Assembly: GCA_964451325.1 (NCBI GenBank)
Contig: CAYVHO010000009.1
Location: forward strand, 28,876 to 92,875
Source: an uncultured Nitrospira sp.
GTDB lineage: Bacteria > Nitrospirota > Nitrospiria > SBBL01 > JAADHI01
Direction of reading: 5' to 3'
DNA length: 64,000 nt
The position numbers and the translations under genes were made by a program. The notes under the pieces were generated by a model. It saw only the letters and a program-made list of their open reading frames with translations. It was not told the DNA's origin and ran no database searches. This document shows positions 51,735 to 60,612 of this stretch, one piece after another (within the stretch, counting starts at the first letter, position 1; each line of letters opens with the position of its first letter).

Positions 51735-51944
51735 TTAATCTTTGCTCAAGCCTTTTTTCTCATTTTTGTGAGACAACCATTTCATAAAAATCATGATGAG
51801 GTAGACGCCCAGTGCCGTGCCAGCCAAAAAATAAAAATTCCCAATGATGTGGGGGTAATTTTCAGCCAGGTAGAAAAACCCGGATAAAACAACGGTACTT
51901 CCCAGGACAAAGAACCATAAGGTGATCAGTGGCTTCAAATTCAA
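51735..51944 (-). CDS. Small 2-TM hypothetical protein
   Basis: 69 aa with two hydrophobic segments; AAGGGAG RBS before a TTG start. Confidence 0.6.
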   Translation of the reverse strand: MNLKPLITLWFFVLGSTVVLSGFFYLAENYPHIIGNFYFLAGTALGVYLIMIFMKWLSHKNEKKGLSKD

Positions 51945-51985
51945 CTCCCTTAAATTGATGGTGAGCCCGCATTATATACACTTCT

Positions 51986-52717
51986 TTAGCCATAAACCAC
52001 TTTGTTTTGATCCGCGACTACAGCGCCTCGTTCCTGATGCCGAATACAGCCCGCATCAGCAAAACTAAAATAGCCTCTATCCCCAATGATAAGATGATCT
52101 AAAACAGAAATACCCATAAGCTCACCCACTTCAACCAAGCGTGTGGTGATCTTTTTGTCTTCGATACTTGGTGAGGGGTCTCCACTCGGATGATTGTGAA
52201 TAAAGATGACGGAGGCAGCCGAATCTCGAATCGCAGGCCGAAAAACCTCTCGTGGATGAACAACGGTGGCGGTTAGGCTCCCTTCAGAAATGGTCAGATC
52301 TCGTATGAGTTTGTTCTTTTGGTCCAGGAGAAGAACCTTGAAGTATTCCTTTTTTGCATTTCTAAACAAGGGGGCAAAATGCTGAAAGACATGATGACTT
52401 TTTGAAAAAATGGCACCCTCAAATAAGGGGATGGTAAGCGAGCGTCGTCCCAACTCCAGTGCCGCCTTGAGTTGAGCCGCTTTTGCGGGCCCCACACCTT
52501 TTACCGCGCAAAGCTCAGAAACCGTTGCCTGCAACAATTGAGGCAAGGGCGAAAATTTCTTGAGCAAATAAATGGCAAGTTGCAGGGCATCACCCTTGTG
52601 CGAACCTGTCCTTAGAAGAATGGCCAGAAGTTGGGCATCGGAGAGAGACTCTGAACCATTTTTTAGTAAGCGTTCTCGCGGACGCTCTTCTTTGGGCCAG
52701 TCCTTAATTTTCAACAT
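51986..52717 (-). CDS. radC: RadC / JAB-domain protein
   Basis: ERPRERL, KGVGPAKA, VHPREVF, HNHPSGD, LDHLII. Confidence 0.95.
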   Translation of the reverse strand: MLKIKDWPKEERPRERLLKNGSESLSDAQLLAILLRTGSHKGDALQLAIYLLKKFSPLPQLLQATVSELCAVKGVGPAKAAQLKAALELGRRSLTIPLFEGAIFSKSHHVFQHFAPLFRNAKKEYFKVLLLDQKNKLIRDLTISEGSLTATVVHPREVFRPAIRDSAASVIFIHNHPSGDPSPSIEDKKITTRLVEVGELMGISVLDHLIIGDRGYFSFADAGCIRHQERGAVVADQNKVVYG

Positions 52718-52751
52718 TTTCTAAAATCCGGAATCCATTTATGGGTAATGC

Positions 52752-52820
52752 TGTCTTCAAAAGGAGACAAAATTTTGTCACTATCGTCAATATATTGGCG
52801 ATATTTCGGAAGAATATCGC
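52752..52820. repeat. Cluster of four dyads (candidate activator sites)
   Basis: TGTCTTCAAAAGGAGACA (52752-69), perfect GACAAAATTTTGTC (52766-79), CGTCAATATATTGGCG (52785-800), GCGATATT-N7-AATATCGC (52798-820). Confidence 0.65.
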
Positions 52821-52861
52821 TCAGCGGCCCTAGAAGCGGCTGTTTTAGACACACTCAGCCT

Positions 52862-52878
52862 GGGCATAAGCTTTGCAT
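52862..52878 (+). promoter_or_regulatory. sigma54 (-24/-12) promoter
   Basis: GGGCATAAGCTTTGCAT = GG-N10-GC with TTGCA, about 45 bp upstream of the ATG. Confidence 0.72.
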
Positions 52879-52922
52879 TAAAGTTTGAGTGTCTTGCTTT
52901 CACTAAAATAAGGAGGAACAAA

Positions 52923-53096
52923 ATGAAATGTCCAAAATGTAGTGGGTTGATGTACTTAGAGCGGCTTTCAGATTTCTTTGTGATCTTTAATGTTTGGAAA
53001 TGCATTAACTGTGGTGCGCTCATGGATAAAACAATCATGGAAAACCGAAGAAAAAGTCTCGCGGTGTTGGATGCGGTAGAAACAGCATCTCAGTAA
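52923..53096 (+). CDS. 57-aa zinc-ribbon microprotein (not in ORF track)
   Basis: AGGAGG RBS; MKCPKCSGLMYLERLSDFFVIFNVWKCINCGALMDKTIMENRRKSLAVLDAVETASQ*, with two CxxC motifs. Confidence 0.88.
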   Translation: MKCPKCSGLMYLERLSDFFVIFNVWKCINCGALMDKTIMENRRKSLAVLDAVETASQ

Positions 53097-53113
53097 GTGT
53101 TATTTAAGTGGTT

Positions 53114-53704
53114 TTATCCTTTTGATTTACACGAAAAAGGGAATGAGAAGCGTTTTTTCTCGCCTGTCTTTATAACAATAATATCTTCCAAGGTCAGGAC
53201 CACATCTCGGCAGTGGGCCTGACCCACTTTCTTAAACAGAATTAAACCCTTCTTTTGATCTCTCGGTAGGATGTCTCCATCTTTCAATCGAAGGGCTTTA
53301 ATCTTTTCTATTTCTTTTGCTATTTTCTTTTTTGATTTCGGAAAGAGGATAATACGGGTCGGATCATCCCCTTCACGGTAGTATTGGATACTCTCTGTTT
53401 CGTTTAAGGGATATTCTTCTCGTTCTGTTTCGATGGTGAGATGGGTTCTGGAAAGCGTATAGGAGATGGCTTCTTTGGTTTGATTTGACAGAAGCACTTC
53501 AAAAGCAGTGAAGTGCTCGGAAACATCAATCCCAAGGCGTTTTTCGTCTTCAGAGCCAAGCCCGTGTGTGGTAATGGGTTTGACAATCACCCGAATGGCT
53601 TCACGACCACCGGCATTTTGCCCTTCGGCTGTTGGCATCAAGAGCGGAGAGGATGTACTGCACCCGGTAAAAAAAAGGGCGAGAATCGAAATAATTTTAA
53701 GCAT
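53114..53704 (-). CDS. Hypothetical lipoprotein
   Basis: Lipobox FFTG-C; GGAGG RBS. Confidence 0.75.
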   Translation of the reverse strand: MLKIISILALFFTGCSTSSPLLMPTAEGQNAGGREAIRVIVKPITTHGLGSEDEKRLGIDVSEHFTAFEVLLSNQTKEAISYTLSRTHLTIETEREEYPLNETESIQYYREGDDPTRIILFPKSKKKIAKEIEKIKALRLKDGDILPRDQKKGLILFKKVGQAHCRDVVLTLEDIIVIKTGEKKRFSFPFSCKSKG

Positions 53705-53907
53705 GATCCCTCCAAAAACGGTCTAATTATAGAGTCTCTTAATAGATAAAGTCAAAAAAAGTATAATCCTGCTTCTAGGAATCTGTCGCGATTTTTCGTT
53801 GAATCGAAGGTTTGATCACGATATAGTTTCTGCATGATCTTTTTTAACAACACAAACGGGATCAAATTCGCAAAAACAAGTGACTTGACCCTGATTCGGT
53901 CTCTTGA

Positions 53908-54330
53908 ATGAATGTTCTCTTCCACCTGGCTTTTCCGGTGCATGACCTTGAAGCAGCCAAACAATTTTATGTGACGGGACTGGGCTGTCGTTTGGGGAGG
54001 ATTTCCGCATCGGCGATGACGCTCAGCTTGGCCGGACATCAAATCATCGCCCATTTAGATCCAGCAAGCCCTAAACAACAACAGGGGGTTTATCCGAGAC
54101 ATTTCGGTCTGGTTTTTTTATCGAGATCGGATTGGGAAGAACTTGCACGCCGCGCCGAGGAAAACGCGCTACGCTTTTACCAAAAACCACGTCGACGCTT
54201 TTCGGGTACGCCGCTCGAACATGCGACATTTTTTCTCGAGGATCCGTCTCATAATCTCTTGGAATTTAAACATTACACCTTCGAGTCTGCCATTTTAGGG
54301 GAGCAACAATTTTCCCAAGTCGGCGATTAA
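53908..54330 (+). CDS. VOC/glyoxalase family protein
   Basis: FHLAFPV.DL, FY...LGC..GR, HFG, FF.EDPS.N.LEFK. Confidence 0.9.
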   Translation: MNVLFHLAFPVHDLEAAKQFYVTGLGCRLGRISASAMTLSLAGHQIIAHLDPASPKQQQGVYPRHFGLVFLSRSDWEELARRAEENALRFYQKPRRRFSGTPLEHATFFLEDPSHNLLEFKHYTFESAILGEQQFSQVGD

Positions 54331-54623
54331 ACCTCGTAATCGACAACACGCCGGGCCGTGCAAAGTGTTTTCACCAATGGGATGACGGCTTGGTGTGCCG
54401 GGTGTTGCTGATATGAGGCCAGGGCCTTGCGGCTTTCGAGCTCTGCGTACAAAACAATATCGGCTTCGTGCGAAGTCTCATCAAAACCAACTTCGATTTT
54501 TAAGAGACCCGGGATTTTTCCCGTAAGGGCCTCCAGCGTTTCTTTTAAATGCCCTGCGTTTTCAGCATTTGACCTACCTTCCGCTGCATCTTTTAATTGC
54601 CAGATGACAATGTGTTTGAGCAT
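54327..54623 (-). CDS. Dabb family (stress-responsive A/B barrel) protein
   Basis: LKHIV.W.LK, L.GKIPG, YQ.HPAH, R.VVDYE. Confidence 0.9.
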   Translation of the reverse strand: MLKHIVIWQLKDAAEGRSNAENAGHLKETLEALTGKIPGLLKIEVGFDETSHEADIVLYAELESRKALASYQQHPAHQAVIPLVKTLCTARRVVDYEV

Positions 54624-54658
54624 GGATGTTTTCCTCTCGTGATCGCCCCGAAACTTAC

Positions 54659-55048
54659 TTACTTGCTGTGGTCCGGGTGAGTGGTTTTTCTTTGGTGGAG
54701 CATCAGGGAATTGCGATCCGGGTCTAGTACAACAGCCAAAAAACAGACCGGGCTCTCGTAAGGTTCAAGGGTAATGGGCACATCGTTTTCCCTCAGATAT
54801 TGCAATGCTGCGTTGAGATCCGCAACTTCCAGGGCAATAGCGGGACCGCTGGTCGAGGGTTTCCAGTCCGGGGCGACATTGCTAATCGCAAAGGTGCCAG
54901 AGGGCAATTCATATTCAATCCAGGCTTTTCCTTCCTCTTCGGAATAAACCTTGGCCTTCAGTCCCAGTAAATCTTCATAAAAATGTCGCGCTTTTGCCAA
55001 ATCCGTGACTGAATAGCCGGTGAATGCGATGTCTTTAATTTTAATCAT
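54659..55048 (-). CDS. VOC/glyoxalase family protein
   Basis: VTDL..AR.FYE..LGL, LEVADL, DPD.N..MLHQ. Confidence 0.88.
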   Translation of the reverse strand: MIKIKDIAFTGYSVTDLAKARHFYEDLLGLKAKVYSEEEGKAWIEYELPSGTFAISNVAPDWKPSTSGPAIALEVADLNAALQYLRENDVPITLEPYESPVCFLAVVLDPDRNSLMLHQRKTTHPDHSK

Positions 55049-55268
55049 CCTGTGCTCCTTCGTCTGTTGTACTGTGGAGTGGTTTTACTGAGCCGCCACA
55101 TTTTTTACAACTTTTGGCATTGTAGTGATTGAGAAACTTGCATTTTGTACATTTTTGTGAAGAAAACCCAGGAGGGGGGCTGCGCAAAGCAGGAATAGCA
55201 AAAAGCACCGCGCAAAGTGCCAGCAAGGAAAAGAGCAACATCACTGCAATTGGACTGCCAGATCCCAT
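55041..55268 (-). CDS. Small single-TM protein with C-terminal zinc ribbon
   Basis: Start at ATG 55268 after GAGGA; TM helix, then CTKC-x10-CKKC. Confidence 0.65.
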   Translation of the reverse strand: MGSGSPIAVMLLFSLLALCAVLFAIPALRSPPPGFSSQKCTKCKFLNHYNAKSCKKCGGSVKPLHSTTDEGAQDD

Positions 55269-55312
55269 TTTATCCTCTTCATTTTCTGAGACACCTTGAC
55301 TGAGAGATGTCT

Positions 55313-55786
55313 CTAAGGTGTGCGAACCATCTGTACAAAATGTGACAGGGTATCGAGGATCACCGCCAGGTTTTCCCGTGCGGGTGCGGCACTGCCCGGA
55401 AGATTGATGATGAGCGTATCCTCTCGAATACCACAAATTGCACGTGAAATAACGGCTTTTTTGGTACTCTTCCGAAACACTTCGAGTCGCATGACATCAG
55501 AAATCGCGGGGACCTCACGTTCGATGATCGTTTGTGTGGCATCCGGGGTACAATCTTGTTTCCCTAAACCTGAACCACCGGCCGTTAAGATGACATCTGT
55601 TTTTAAGTGGTCTGACCAGGCGATCAGTTTTTTCTCAATTTTGGAACGATCTGCTGTAATGACTTCGGTGACCGTAACAGTTCCTCCTGCCTCAGTAATC
55701 ATTTTTTTAAGTTCGTTTGTGACCCGGTCTTCACCGGGAATGATGCCTTTTTCTTTGACGGATAAAATACCCACAGTCCAATGCAT
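55313..55786 (-). CDS. MogA/MoaB-family molybdopterin adenylyltransferase-like protein
   Basis: DVILTAGGSG...D.TP.AT, SRA.CGIR..TLIINLPGS; several motifs are divergent. Confidence 0.82.
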   Translation of the reverse strand: MHWTVGILSVKEKGIIPGEDRVTNELKKMITEAGGTVTVTEVITADRSKIEKKLIAWSDHLKTDVILTAGGSGLGKQDCTPDATQTIIEREVPAISDVMRLEVFRKSTKKAVISRAICGIREDTLIINLPGSAAPARENLAVILDTLSHFVQMVRTP

Positions 55787-55971
55787 GTTCTGTCCCCATA
55801 CCGCGTGAAGTGCTTTGGGTACTATAACCGAGAAGCGGTTAAAATCCAATCTCTTCAATATTTAGGGTGTAAGGCGATCTTGAATCGGATGCAGGTTCAT
55901 GTTATGTATTTGTCCGGTTTATTGGTGAGGCCTCATAGAGGTTCATGCTTATCATCATTTAAGGAGACGCG

Positions 55972-56976
55972 ATGGCACAAAACGACGATCCCATTTCTGA
56001 TGCGCGAAGACAATTTTTAAACGCCGTTCCAAAAAAAGAGCACGCTTCTGAAACAATTTCCCTTAGAGAAGCCCTTGGTCGCATTTTAGCAACAGGCCTC
56101 TCGGCAAAGCTGGATGATCCGCCTTACAGCCGTTCCATTATGGAGGGTTTTGTACTGTGCACGTCGGATGTCGAAGCAGCTTCAGAGAATAATGCAATTG
56201 CCTTGGAGGTGGTGGGCAGCATTCTTGTCGGGCAATCCGAAGCCAAAGGGCTTGCCTCTGGCCAAGTGCTCCAGGTCACGACGGGCAGCTTTATTCCGGA
56301 AGGACCTTATGCTGTGGTACGGGCTTGGGATGTTCAGCGCACCGAAAATAAAATCGCTGTTTCAAAACATGCAAAACCCCATGACAATATCGAAATTCAG
56401 GGGGAGTTGCGTAAAAAAGGCGAGCTCCTTTTTTCCCAGGGCCATCGTATAATAGCCGACGACATTTTTTTATTGGCCAGCCAAGGGATTTTAAGTGTTT
56501 CCGTTGCCTGTAAACCGAAGGTCGCCCTCTTTTCTTCAGGGGACGAAGTCATTTCCGCTTCAGAACCGTTTAGAATTGGAGCCATTTGGGACTGCAATGC
56601 CCACGGGCTCGCAGCACTGATCGAAGAAGCGGGTGGGACACCAGTGTTCCAAGGGATTGTGAAAGATGATTTAGTTGACTTTACGGCCCGTTTAAAAATG
56701 GCTCTACAAACAGCAGATATGGCGGTTATTTCCGGTGGAACCGCCATTGGGGGTCAGGATTTTACAGCTGCTTTGCTTGATGCGGCAGGGACACCCGGCA
56801 CGGTGGTCAATGGGATTCCCATGCGCTCAGGCAAACCGATTGTGCTTGGCGTTGCGGATGGAAAACCCGTGGTCTGTGTCGCGGGACATCCCCCTGAAGC
56901 CGCTCGAGGATTCAGGCTTTTTGCAAAATCCGTCATTGCAGAATTGATGGGTGCCACTGCGACAGAAGAAAATTAA
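55972..56976 (+). CDS. MoeA-family protein, divergent and lacking C-terminal domain IV
   Basis: EALGRILA, PPY.RS.MEGF, SSGDEV, ISGG, GKP, GHP; the ORF ends about 25 aa after the GNP-equivalent motif. Confidence 0.82.
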   Translation: MAQNDDPISDARRQFLNAVPKKEHASETISLREALGRILATGLSAKLDDPPYSRSIMEGFVLCTSDVEAASENNAIALEVVGSILVGQSEAKGLASGQVLQVTTGSFIPEGPYAVVRAWDVQRTENKIAVSKHAKPHDNIEIQGELRKKGELLFSQGHRIIADDIFLLASQGILSVSVACKPKVALFSSGDEVISASEPFRIGAIWDCNAHGLAALIEEAGGTPVFQGIVKDDLVDFTARLKMALQTADMAVISGGTAIGGQDFTAALLDAAGTPGTVVNGIPMRSGKPIVLGVADGKPVVCVAGHPPEAARGFRLFAKSVIAELMGATATEEN

Positions 56977-56988
56977 GGGGATATGTTA

Positions 56989-57348
56989 ATGAAGCGCTGG
57001 AAAGAGATGATGGCAGAAGCCAAACAGGAAATTCTTTTACTTGAGGTCGCAGATCTTAAAACAAAAATCGATCAAAAAGAAGATTTTGTGCTCATTGATT
57101 GCCGTGAGGCCGAAGAACTTCAGGACGGCCACATTGCAGAGTCAGTTTTTATTCCACGGGGCGTGCTTGAAATGACGGTGGAGCGGCATTTTTCAGATCA
57201 AGACAAAAACATTGTGATTTATTGCGCGGGAGGTGGACGCAGCGCGCTGGCCGCACAATCGCTCAAAAATATGGGCTACACAGCTGTTGCATCCATGGAA
57301 GGTGGTTTCGGCGCTTGGCGGAAAGCGGGCTTTCCAATCGAAAAATAA
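56989..57348 (+). CDS. Rhodanese-like sulfurtransferase (MoeZ-type rhodanese domain)
   Basis: IDCRE..E...GHI, IPRG.LE, YCAGGGRSALAA, M.GG..AW. Confidence 0.9.
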   Translation: MKRWKEMMAEAKQEILLLEVADLKTKIDQKEDFVLIDCREAEELQDGHIAESVFIPRGVLEMTVERHFSDQDKNIVIYCAGGGRSALAAQSLKNMGYTAVASMEGGFGAWRKAGFPIEK

Positions 57349-57368
57349 AGCCGTTTTAAGGAAATAAA

Positions 57369-57722
57369 TTGAGTAAATACAAACAGCATATCTTTATCTG
57401 TACGAATAAACGCCCTGATTCGGATGAACGCGGGTGCTGTGCAGACAAAGGCGCTTCTGAAATTAAGGACTATTTCAAAAAAACGCTGTATGCACGTGGA
57501 CACAAAGGTAAAGTTCGGGCGAATCAGGCGGGATGTTTAGATGCCTGCGCTTTTGGAACAACCGTTGTCGTCTATCCGGAAGCGGTTTGGTACAGTTTGA
57601 AAAATGAATCGGACGCGTTTGAAGTGATTGAAAAACATGTCGAGCAGGGCGAAGTGGTTACACGACTCTTAATTCCGCGCTCCTGGGCCTGTGCATCCGA
57701 GACAAAAAAGCAACAACAATGA
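57369..57722 (+). CDS. Thioredoxin-like [2Fe-2S] ferredoxin
   Basis: HIFICTN.R....RGCC, RAN.AGCL..C..G..VVVYPE.VWY. Confidence 0.9.
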   Translation: MSKYKQHIFICTNKRPDSDERGCCADKGASEIKDYFKKTLYARGHKGKVRANQAGCLDACAFGTTVVVYPEAVWYSLKNESDAFEVIEKHVEQGEVVTRLLIPRSWACASETKKQQQ

Positions 57723-59140
57723 TTACTGCGACATTTTCAGAGGCCTTGCCCCAGACTGAATCACTCATTCAAATCACGGCGAAGCCGCGACAAACAGGGA
57801 CCGTTTCTTTTCGCACCCTGGGTTGTCGGCTCAATCAAAGCGAAAGCGGTGCTTTGGCGGGGGGCTTCGATGCGATTGGATTTTGTGTGGTGGGTGACGA
57901 TGCCCCCGCCGAGCTTTGCATCATAAACACTTGTTCGGTGACCCATCAGGCCGAGTCAAAATGCCGCGCGCTGATTCGGCGCATTCTCAAAAAAAGCCCC
58001 AAAACCTTTATCATCCTGACGGGCTGTTATGCGCAATCGGGTGTGGATGTCCTTCGGAAAATGCCGGGTGTGGATCTTATTGCCGGAACCAACGATAAAA
58101 TGTCTTTGCCTCAGCTCGTGCAAGGCATCATCGCAGGATACTCAGGCACAGCTTCGCCACTTCAAAAACGCGATACGCCCTTGGTTTTTCACAATCCTCA
58201 AATCAGCCGCAGTGAGTTTACAATTCCCAATCTTTCTGTCTTTGATCATATGACACGACCCAATGTTAAAATTCAAGACGGCTGTGATTTTTTCTGCACC
58301 TTTTGCATTATTCCCTATACCCGTGGACGATCACGGAGTCGTGCTTTTGAGGATGTTGTCTTAGAAGCGCGGATTTGGGCTGAACGTGGACATTGTGAAA
58401 TCGTGTTGACGGGCGTAAATTTAGGAGAATATCAATCTCAAGGGAAGGATTTGCTGGGTTTGATTCTGGCGCTTGAAACGATTGAAGGTTTACAACGTAT
58501 CCGAATCTCCTCCATTGAGCCAACGACGATTTCGTCTGAACTCCTGCATTTAATGGGCCGCTCTAAAAAACTTTGTTCTTATCTGCATTTGCCATTGCAG
58601 AGTGGCAGCGATGCAACACTCTCTGCAATGGATCGGCGTTATTCCCGGCAAGACTACATGGATTTTGTACAAGAGGCGATGAGCCTTGTGCCGGACTTGG
58701 CTTTGGGAACGGATGTCATGGTGGGTTTTCCGGGGGAAGATGAAACGGCGTTTCAGGAAACCCTGACCCTGATTCAAGCCTTTCCTTTTTCGTATCTGCA
58801 TGTTTTCCCCTACTCGCAACGGAAGGGCACCCGTGTAACGCGGGGTGATCTTCTTCCGGTGCATCCGAAAGTCATTAAACAGCGAACAAAAATACTCTGT
58901 GCGCTTTCTGATCGACTACGCAGCACCTTTTATCGCCGCGCAATTGGAAAAACCGTTTCCGTGCTCTTTGAAAACAAAAATCGAGACGGCCTCTTTACAG
59001 GCCTGACGGAAAATTATATTCGAGTGGGTGTGAAAACAGAGGAAGATCTTTCAGGATGCGTGAAATGGGTTCAAATTGATACGGTCAAAGAAAATCTGGC
59101 CCATGGGCGATTGATTGAATCTCCGGTCACCATAAGATGA
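57719..59140 (+). CDS. mtaB: tRNA t6A37 methylthiotransferase MtaB
   Basis: TLGCRLNQSE, NTCSVT, TGCYAQ, KIQDGCDFFCTFC, RISSIEP, HVFPYS.R.GT. Confidence 0.93.
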   Translation: MITATFSEALPQTESLIQITAKPRQTGTVSFRTLGCRLNQSESGALAGGFDAIGFCVVGDDAPAELCIINTCSVTHQAESKCRALIRRILKKSPKTFIILTGCYAQSGVDVLRKMPGVDLIAGTNDKMSLPQLVQGIIAGYSGTASPLQKRDTPLVFHNPQISRSEFTIPNLSVFDHMTRPNVKIQDGCDFFCTFCIIPYTRGRSRSRAFEDVVLEARIWAERGHCEIVLTGVNLGEYQSQGKDLLGLILALETIEGLQRIRISSIEPTTISSELLHLMGRSKKLCSYLHLPLQSGSDATLSAMDRRYSRQDYMDFVQEAMSLVPDLALGTDVMVGFPGEDETAFQETLTLIQAFPFSYLHVFPYSQRKGTRVTRGDLLPVHPKVIKQRTKILCALSDRLRSTFYRRAIGKTVSVLFENKNRDGLFTGLTENYIRVGVKTEEDLSGCVKWVQIDTVKENLAHGRLIESPVTIR

Positions 59141-60486
59141 AAATATTTTTGGAAACATACGGTTGCCAAATGAATGTCTCGGATTCAGAGATCATTCGTT
59201 CTGTTTTGGCGACATCAGGCCATGAGATTGCCCCGGTGCTTGAAGATGCCGAGGTTGTACTGATCAACACCTGTGCCATCCGGGAAAATGCCTATCGCAA
59301 AATTTATGGGCGTCTTGATCGCCTACGTCCACATCGTTTGCGTATGCTCAAAGAAAAGGGTCACTTTGTGGTCGGGTTACTGGGGTGCATGGCGCAAAAC
59401 CTAAAAAAAGACATGTTCAAGCACCCCGTTGTTAACTTGGTGGTCGGGCCCGATAATTATCGCGCACTGCCCGGCTTGATCGAAAAACTGGCACAGAGCA
59501 ATCAAAAAAAACAAGCCGAAATTGATGCCGATCTCTCCGAATATGAAACCTATCAGGGCATTGACCCCAAACGTTTTGATGGAGTGAATGCCTGGGTCAC
59601 GATCATGCGAGGCTGTGATAATTTTTGCACCTTTTGTGTCGTGCCTTATACACGGGGTCGAGAGCGCAGTCGATCTTTGCCGGATATCCTGGCCGAGGTT
59701 CAGCGTCTCGTCGAGCAGGGTTTTTCTCAAGTCACACTTTTGGGGCAAAATGTGAATTCATATCAGGCTGAGGGCGTAAGTTTTGCGGATTTGATTGTTG
59801 CCGTGGCCGATGTCCCGGGGGTAGAACGTGTGCGCTTTACCTCACCACATCCCAAAGATTTTCCTGAAGCCCTGCTTGAAGCGATTGCAAACCATGCAAA
59901 CATCTGCAAACAGATCCATTTGCCACTTCAATCCGGCAGCGACCGTGTGCTTGCGATGATGAGCCGGACTTATACGGGGGCTGCATTTCTGGCTTTGGCC
60001 CAAAAAATTCGCCGAATCATCCCCAATGTTTCCCTCTCAACAGATATCATTGTAGGGTTTCCAACAGAAACAGAAGCCGACCATCAAAAAACCCTGGCCC
60101 TCTTGAAAGCCGTTGGTTTTGAAAGTGCTTACATTTTTAAATATTCTGAACGTAAAGGTACGATCGCCTCAAAAAAATTCCCGGACGATGTTTCTCCGGC
60201 ACTGAAGACGTCCCGTATCGTTGCACTGTTTGAGGTGCAACGCAAAATCGCCCTACAAAAAAACCAGGCGAAAATTGGCAGCACCTTAAATGTCATGTTA
60301 GAAGGTGAATCCGACAAACGTCCTGGATTTCAAGTCGGAAAAACCGAAGGCAACATGACCGTTATTTTTCCGCAAACGCCCCATCATCTCGGAACGATTA
60401 TCCCCATTGTCGTCACAGATGCCACATCGGCAACGCTCTTGGGAAAAAGCCAAAACCTCAGTATCCCCGTTTTAGAAATACGCTGA
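59137..60486 (+). CDS. miaB: tRNA i6A37 methylthiotransferase MiaB
   Basis: TYGCQMN, NTCAIRE, GCMAQ, GCDNFCTFC, LLGQNVNSY, TSPHP, TRAM domain. Confidence 0.95.
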   Translation: MKIFLETYGCQMNVSDSEIIRSVLATSGHEIAPVLEDAEVVLINTCAIRENAYRKIYGRLDRLRPHRLRMLKEKGHFVVGLLGCMAQNLKKDMFKHPVVNLVVGPDNYRALPGLIEKLAQSNQKKQAEIDADLSEYETYQGIDPKRFDGVNAWVTIMRGCDNFCTFCVVPYTRGRERSRSLPDILAEVQRLVEQGFSQVTLLGQNVNSYQAEGVSFADLIVAVADVPGVERVRFTSPHPKDFPEALLEAIANHANICKQIHLPLQSGSDRVLAMMSRTYTGAAFLALAQKIRRIIPNVSLSTDIIVGFPTETEADHQKTLALLKAVGFESAYIFKYSERKGTIASKKFPDDVSPALKTSRIVALFEVQRKIALQKNQAKIGSTLNVMLEGESDKRPGFQVGKTEGNMTVIFPQTPHHLGTIIPIVVTDATSATLLGKSQNLSIPVLEIR

Positions 60487-60612
60487 TCCCTTCTTCAATC
60501 TCTATCTCTTCCTCAAGTCAATAAAAGTGGTATGCTTTTGATCGGTTCTCTTTTTGGTGGATTCCTGTCAAATAGTCTGCGCGCTAAATTTAAGGGGGAA
60601 TGGGCTGCTTCT

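Noticed and set aside
51986-52717. radC as a marker of a mobile element
   Set aside because: Full-length chromosomal type with N-terminal HhH; no integrase or att sites nearby.
52787-53038. 83-aa minus-strand ORF in the track
   Set aside because: Antisense shadow of the zinc-ribbon microprotein and its promoter.
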